DNA of 36,356 bases from Trichinella spiralis (lineage: Eukaryota). A model generated the notes under the pieces. It was not told the origin of the DNA, searched no databases, and was given only the letters and a program-made list of their open reading frames with translations. The translations under genes and the position numbers were made by a program. This document shows, piece after piece, positions 31,081 to 36,356 of the stretch; position 1 is the first letter of the stretch, and each line of letters opens with the position of its first letter. The stretch lies in assembly GCF_000181795.1 (NCBI RefSeq), contig NW_003526941.1, positions 8,951,094 to 8,987,449 of the forward strand, given 5' to 3'.

Positions 31081-32040
31081 ATGCGTATCTGGCCCTTGAA
31101 TGCTCTCAGCCGTTGTTAGCCTTTTTCTAATCTAGTCACGCGAACTTTACAATTTTTCCAAAATTTTCATCGAAATGGATAAATTTATTCATTTTAAATT
31201 TATTTGAACAGGTGATTGTAGAACTGAATTTTATTTTTGAAAAATGCCATTTTTTAATTTAAAATGGTCAATTTCTAAGAAAAAAACATAAGTAATGAAT
31301 AATCAAACCTGCACAATGTTTTCTACAGTACAACCTATGCTAACAAGTCCGTAATTTTTGCGTGAAGTTTGTTGTTAATGTCGCTTTTTACTGCGGGGTT
31401 CAACGTTGAAATTTTTTTTTGATTTTCTCCTAATAAGTGAAGTGCTGAAATACTGCTGTTAACGATTATTCATTCGACCGTAAATCCTTTTTTAACCACC
31501 GTGATATTTGCTGACAAGAAAAGTAATTATAAAATTTGTCAATTGTTTTGCAAAGAATGTCGATTGTTTTCATTTTTTCACTTAATCTATGCTCATATTG
31601 TTCATATCGTATGACAAGACAGTGAAGCATATGTTTCTGAGTGCAGTGCGTTCTTCTTATTTAATATAACATATTGACTATTGATACGATGCGTTAAGAA
31701 GCATTTATTTATTAGAAAGTGAATCTGTATTTCAAAACTAGCTTATTTGAGAAGATTGAAAAGTAAATATTAATTTGATTTTTGTCTTTTTTGAAGTTTA
31801 ATTAAATTCCAGTTAATTAATTGCATTTTATTTTTACATTTCAATAATAATTTTTAAATTTAATTTCTGTTTGTTCACTCCAGTGGAAGAGATTAATAAT
31901 TTTGCTCATTTATCGAAGCAATTATTGAAATTTTTTTGACTAATGAACGGCTTTTCAATTTTAAATTATTAATGTAATTAGCTGTGTATTTATTTTGTTA
32001 AATATTTGCTATTTTAAGCTTGCGAATTGCTGATTTGAAA

Positions 32041-33819
32041 ATGTTCAACACCTCGTGCACTTCGGGTAGGAAGAAGCGGTATTTGAAGTGGAAATGGCCA
32101 TTTATTTGCAGGCGTAAAGTAGTGAAGAATCACTTATTTGATAGCCTCCAAACGTCGTGCATGATCAGGCGAATTCGGTAAGCAGTTATTTTTCTTTTTA
32201 TTTAACGGGATTATTATCACTATAAAGTCAAAACAAATTGAATGAGAATATTACGAAAAATTATTTGAAAAAAATTTTCTCATCAGTTATATTCAGCAGT
32301 TTCGTGAATCTTTTGTGTTAGGTAGAATGTATACCATATGTATTAATAATAAATAACACCATTTCGTTGTCTCGTTTATCGAGTGTAACGATATGACAGT
32401 AATTGTAATTTTTCAGTTCACTTAATGTTTATGTCAAATATAGTTGAGGTTATTCTTTTTAATGAAATTATTGTTATTTCTTATTTAAATGTTATATTAA
32501 TTATTAACTGCATTTTTACGTTCATTATTGTATAAAATGCCTAGATATAACATTATATTGTGATAAATAACCATCTCCAGTGTTTCAGGCTAGGTTCTAT
32601 GAATTTTTATTACACGTAAAAAATGCATTCATTTATTATGTTACTTATCACTTTCATTGTTACTATACTGTATCTAAGTTAAAGAAAATCAAGTTATGTC
32701 AAATGAACTTATTTATCAGTGTTGTTTTTGTCTAATATTTTTGTTTTATATTTATGCACTGAAAAAAAAATGCTTATAGAAAAATGTTAATATTATAGGT
32801 CCCGACTGAGATTTTCAGGTGGAAGATTTGAAGGATCTGATCGATTGCGTAGATTGATGATTGCTCACGACGGTTTTGACAGTGTAGCTGGCCAGCGAAA
32901 TGGAATTTCAACTTTACATTCTGCACAGTTACCTGCAGCGCACAGTTTGAACAGAATGTTTCATTGCAGTTCTATTTCATCTATTAACCTGCTGTCGGAT
33001 GAACGTTTAGTTGCGCCGGTGTCAATGCATTGGGCTCTTATTAATAGTTATTTGAGTATGGACAGTTCTGATATATTTGCACTGGAAAAGCAGTTAGGTT
33101 AGTAGTGGATAATAATAATAATTATTATTATTATTAGCAGTAGTAATATATAAATTTTTGCAGATTTGATGCGCATTAGTGATCGTGTTGATTGTGCACG
33201 TACAGGCCGATTCTTGATTCCAGACTTGTTCACTATTACCCAAGCTTCGTATTATTGGGGTGCTATTGACCGTTATGAAGCAGAACGATTGTTAGAAAAT
33301 GAACCGGAAGGGACGTTTCTTTTGCGCGATAGTGTTCAGTCAGATTATTTGTTTTCAGTGAGCTTCAGGTGAGGAAAAGCAAGTGAATAATTTTGGTTTT
33401 TCTGTTTGCAGCAAATGTTTTCTGCTTTAGACGCTATCAGCGAACACTTCACGCAAGAATTGAACAGTTTAATCATCGGTTCAGTTTCGACTCGTCTGAC
33501 GACAGTGTTTTCAAAGCTTCCACTGTGACCGAACTGATTGAACATTACAAAGATGAGGATAAGTAAAAAAAAATTATTCAAATTATTTTTTCCAACCATA
33601 TTCATGTGTAAGTATAATTTTGTTGTCTTTTTTTGTTTCAGTTGTCTTTTTTATGAACCACACCTGTCGCTTCCGTTACGTCGCAAATCGGTTTTCTCGT
33701 TGAAACAGCTTAGTCGAGCCGTTGTGTGCAATTCAATTCGCTTCGAAGATATTACAACGCTGGATATACCAACGGTCCTGAAGAATTATTTGTCCGAATA
33801 TCATTACGAGTGTTATTGA
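32041..33819 (+). CDS. SOCS5: Suppressor of cytokine signaling, SOCS4/5 (Socs36E) type: SH2 + SOCS box; 5 exons, ~316 aa
   Basis: Exons: 32041-32177, 32799-33097, 33164-33368, 33431-33562, 33642-33819. SH2: [63 protein letters not shown] box: [11 protein letters not shown]...[16 protein letters not shown]. The two 5' exons are supported only by phase and open frame. Confidence 0.92.
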
Positions 33820-34382
33820 ACCAACAGTAACAACCGGAGGATGGACGTGAGTATGTTGTTGTTGTTGCTGCAGTTAGGAGCGTATTTTCATTGATCTGTT
33901 TTTACATATATTACATTATATTATATTTTTTTATTTTTGCAGCATTTGAATTTTTTTATTTGTGCGTTATTTGTGTTTGCTTTTTAATGAATTAACTTTT
34001 TTTATTCTCTTCTTTGAAAATTATTTCGCATCTACTTAAGATTTGTGATTTCTTTCTTCTTTATTATCATATTATGCTTCTTCGAGGTTTGAAGACAATT
34101 TTTATTGTTGTGAATTTTTCTCATTATTTATCTGTATGCTTCTTCCATTAATAAAATACTAATTCTGTTCATCAAATTTGTTCTGTTTCGAATCGAATTT
34201 CGTTTGTTGAAGTTCTTCAGTCTAACTTGTGTCAGCATCAATTTGTAATATTAATTTAAAATTTTGTTAAATGATCAACAATATTCATAACTGAATGATA
34301 TGAATTTACGTTTTGATACTGCTGGAATGGTGAAGAAAAGCAAATTGAATGAAGTTATGTGCTTTGATATATTATTACATCA

Positions 34383-34810
34383 CTGTTAGGCGTCGTCTGC
34401 TTAGCATGTAAATTTTTATGTGTGACCTTACCGTTATGTTTGTTTGCTTTGCAGCTATAGCTCGCTGCAAACCTCAACTTTAAATACATGTACAAATCTT
34501 CATTTAATATAATTTTATGATTAATTTGATGGGACCTAGAAGTGCAAAGTAGCATAATATTACATATTGTGAAGTTGTAAATCATATATTGCTGTTGTTG
34601 TGATTTTAGCCTGACATTGGCGTAAATTCTGTTTGCTTGACGTAATAAAAAGCAGGCATAGTACGACTTGTTCACCATAGAATTCATGCAAATTTTTATT
34701 CAACTGCAATGCACACGCTAACCTGGCTTTAGTTTCATTAGTTGTTGACCTACGGTGTGTATTGGCGTTTCAACGGACGGACGAAGAATATCGGTAAAAA
34801 CGGTCTTATT
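34383..34810 (+). repeat. Dispersed non-coding element, copy 2
   Basis: Collinear similarity to 29960-30365 in the same orientation. Confidence 0.8.
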
Positions 34811-35502
34811 TTTTTTATTTATTATTAAATTATTCCATTGATTTTAATTCGATTATGGTTTCATTTTGCATTTAATTTCTAAAGGAATATTCAATTTCGA
34901 ACAAACCGTCGAGTAACTTCTCTGAAGAATCTCTTCTGAGACATTTATATGGAATTGATAACAATTTTATCATTGGGTATCGATAAGCATATCAATATTG
35001 AATAATATATTCATATAAAAACCATATTCAGTAGAGTAGTATTATACTTTTTGCAAACGCATATTTTCATAAAAGAAAGAAAATCAAATATTAATCATAA
35101 AGTATAACTCATAGATTTGAATGTTGCCGGTACTTTGATACCTATCAATTAAGGAACTTAATTTTGTTGTTCATTTTGTGAGCTTGGTTTGAAACAATTC
35201 TAGGCTGATGGTCTAAGGCTAGAACAGAATAGAAGACATTTTCCAAGAAAAGCCCGACATGCATTATCATTTTTATTCAAAATGATCTTTATACTTTATA
35301 CAAATAACTGCTTCAAAAATTATCTCCAAACGATTAGAAGTTGATCATTTTTGTAAGTGTTGTTTTGAGTTGAATTTTTTTCCCATCCTGTATTTGATTG
35401 AGCTGAAATTAGAATTCATTATTCAGAAAGAAATTTAATTCAGCGTTGATTTTCGCCAACGACGGTACGTGCGCACTATGCAAATAAGCGTTTTCAGACA
35501 CA

Positions 35503-35564
35503 ATATATATATATATTTATTTATTTATTTATATTTATTTATTTATTTATTTATTTATTTATAT
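35503..35564. repeat. (AT)n/(ATTT)n microsatellite
   Basis: Read directly. Confidence 0.9.
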
Positions 35565-36184
35565 GCGATTTTAACTCTAATAATAAATGTTTTATTGAAA
35601 GCAGCTGTAGAAATGGTCAGCTAACGGTATTTCCCTGCAGGTGGATGTTGCGGTATGTGCACACCGACAACGGGAAGGAATGCAAGGCGTAGAAATCAGC
35701 ATTTACCACACAAATTAGCAGCTTTAATTATCGATTTCATGAAAAATGCGCAATCAGAAATTTTGAAGATAGGACGCACCATATCTTCTATATTTATGCA
35801 ATTCATTCAGAACATTTCAATGGAAAATCTTTTCTCTTTGTATACTAGAAATTTCATCCGCCATAGCCTTAGCTATTTGGGGAAGATTCAAAATGTCTTC
35901 TCAAAATTAAATGCTAATGCTAAGATTGTATAACTGCTTTTCTCTTTCCCATTTTGCAATAATTTCCATTCTGTTCAAACAGATAAAGCAAAAACTGATA
36001 ACAACGTTAATTGAACAATCAATATTTTTGAAATAAATAATATAAATGATGCGAGCAGATTACTTACTCATTACTGACCATAATTTTGTATTGATATTAT
36101 TACTCAACTCGTTTTGCTACAATTATGTTATTGATATGCAAATTTCAAATAGCCGTTAAATTTAATAATTGTTAAAACGCAACA

Positions 36185-36356
36185 TAATGCAAATTTGTGT
36201 GCTCATATTATTTGTTTGCTTTCGAACGTGCTTTCAAACAATAGTACGCAACGCGCATGCTATAACTGATGAATGCCCATTCTCCGTGGAAACTGTACGA
36301 CCACATGTAAAACAAATGTGTGATTTTGTACATTTTATTGTCGACAATACCAAGAA
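36185..36356 (+). repeat. Probable third, more diverged copy of the dispersed element (truncated by window edge)
   Basis: ATGCAAATTTGTGTG (36187), TTTGTTTGCTTT (36211-36222) and GTGTGATTTT (36318-36327) occur in the same order as in copies 1 and 2. Confidence 0.5.

Noticed and set aside
35580..36081. 92-aa plus-strand ORF and a possible minus-strand mini-gene (ATGGTCAGTAATGA|GTAAGT)
   Set aside because: No recognisable similarity, and the spliced minus-strand frame stops after ~25 aa. A decayed gene cannot be excluded.

Overview
Eukaryotic, AT-rich, intron-dense genomic DNA. Most introns are 55-150 nt with TTTCAG/TTTTAG-type acceptors, and microsatellites are common. This pattern suggests a nematode, plausibly clade I such as Trichinella (inference, not verified). 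I built six spliced gene models by hand with phase-consistent junctions. (1) A minus-strand secreted protein made of C-x5-C-x5-C-x4-C repeats, running off the left edge and split across a 10-N gap whose flanks look like a false duplication. (2) A complete 22-exon pappalysin (PAPP-A-like metzincin, ~1780 aa) with one GC-AG intron and a long novel C-terminal tail. (3) NPDC1/cab-1. (4) A mixed-lineage kinase (MAP3K9/10/11-like) with DLG in place of DFG and a degenerate CRIB. (5) A calmodulin/centrin-like EF-hand protein. (6) A SOCS4/5-type protein. A ~400-bp non-coding element with conserved motif order flanks the SOCS gene as a direct repeat, and a partial third copy lies at the right edge. I could not support any rRNA, tRNA, CRISPR array or autonomous transposon. 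All family assignments come from recalled motifs, not database searches.
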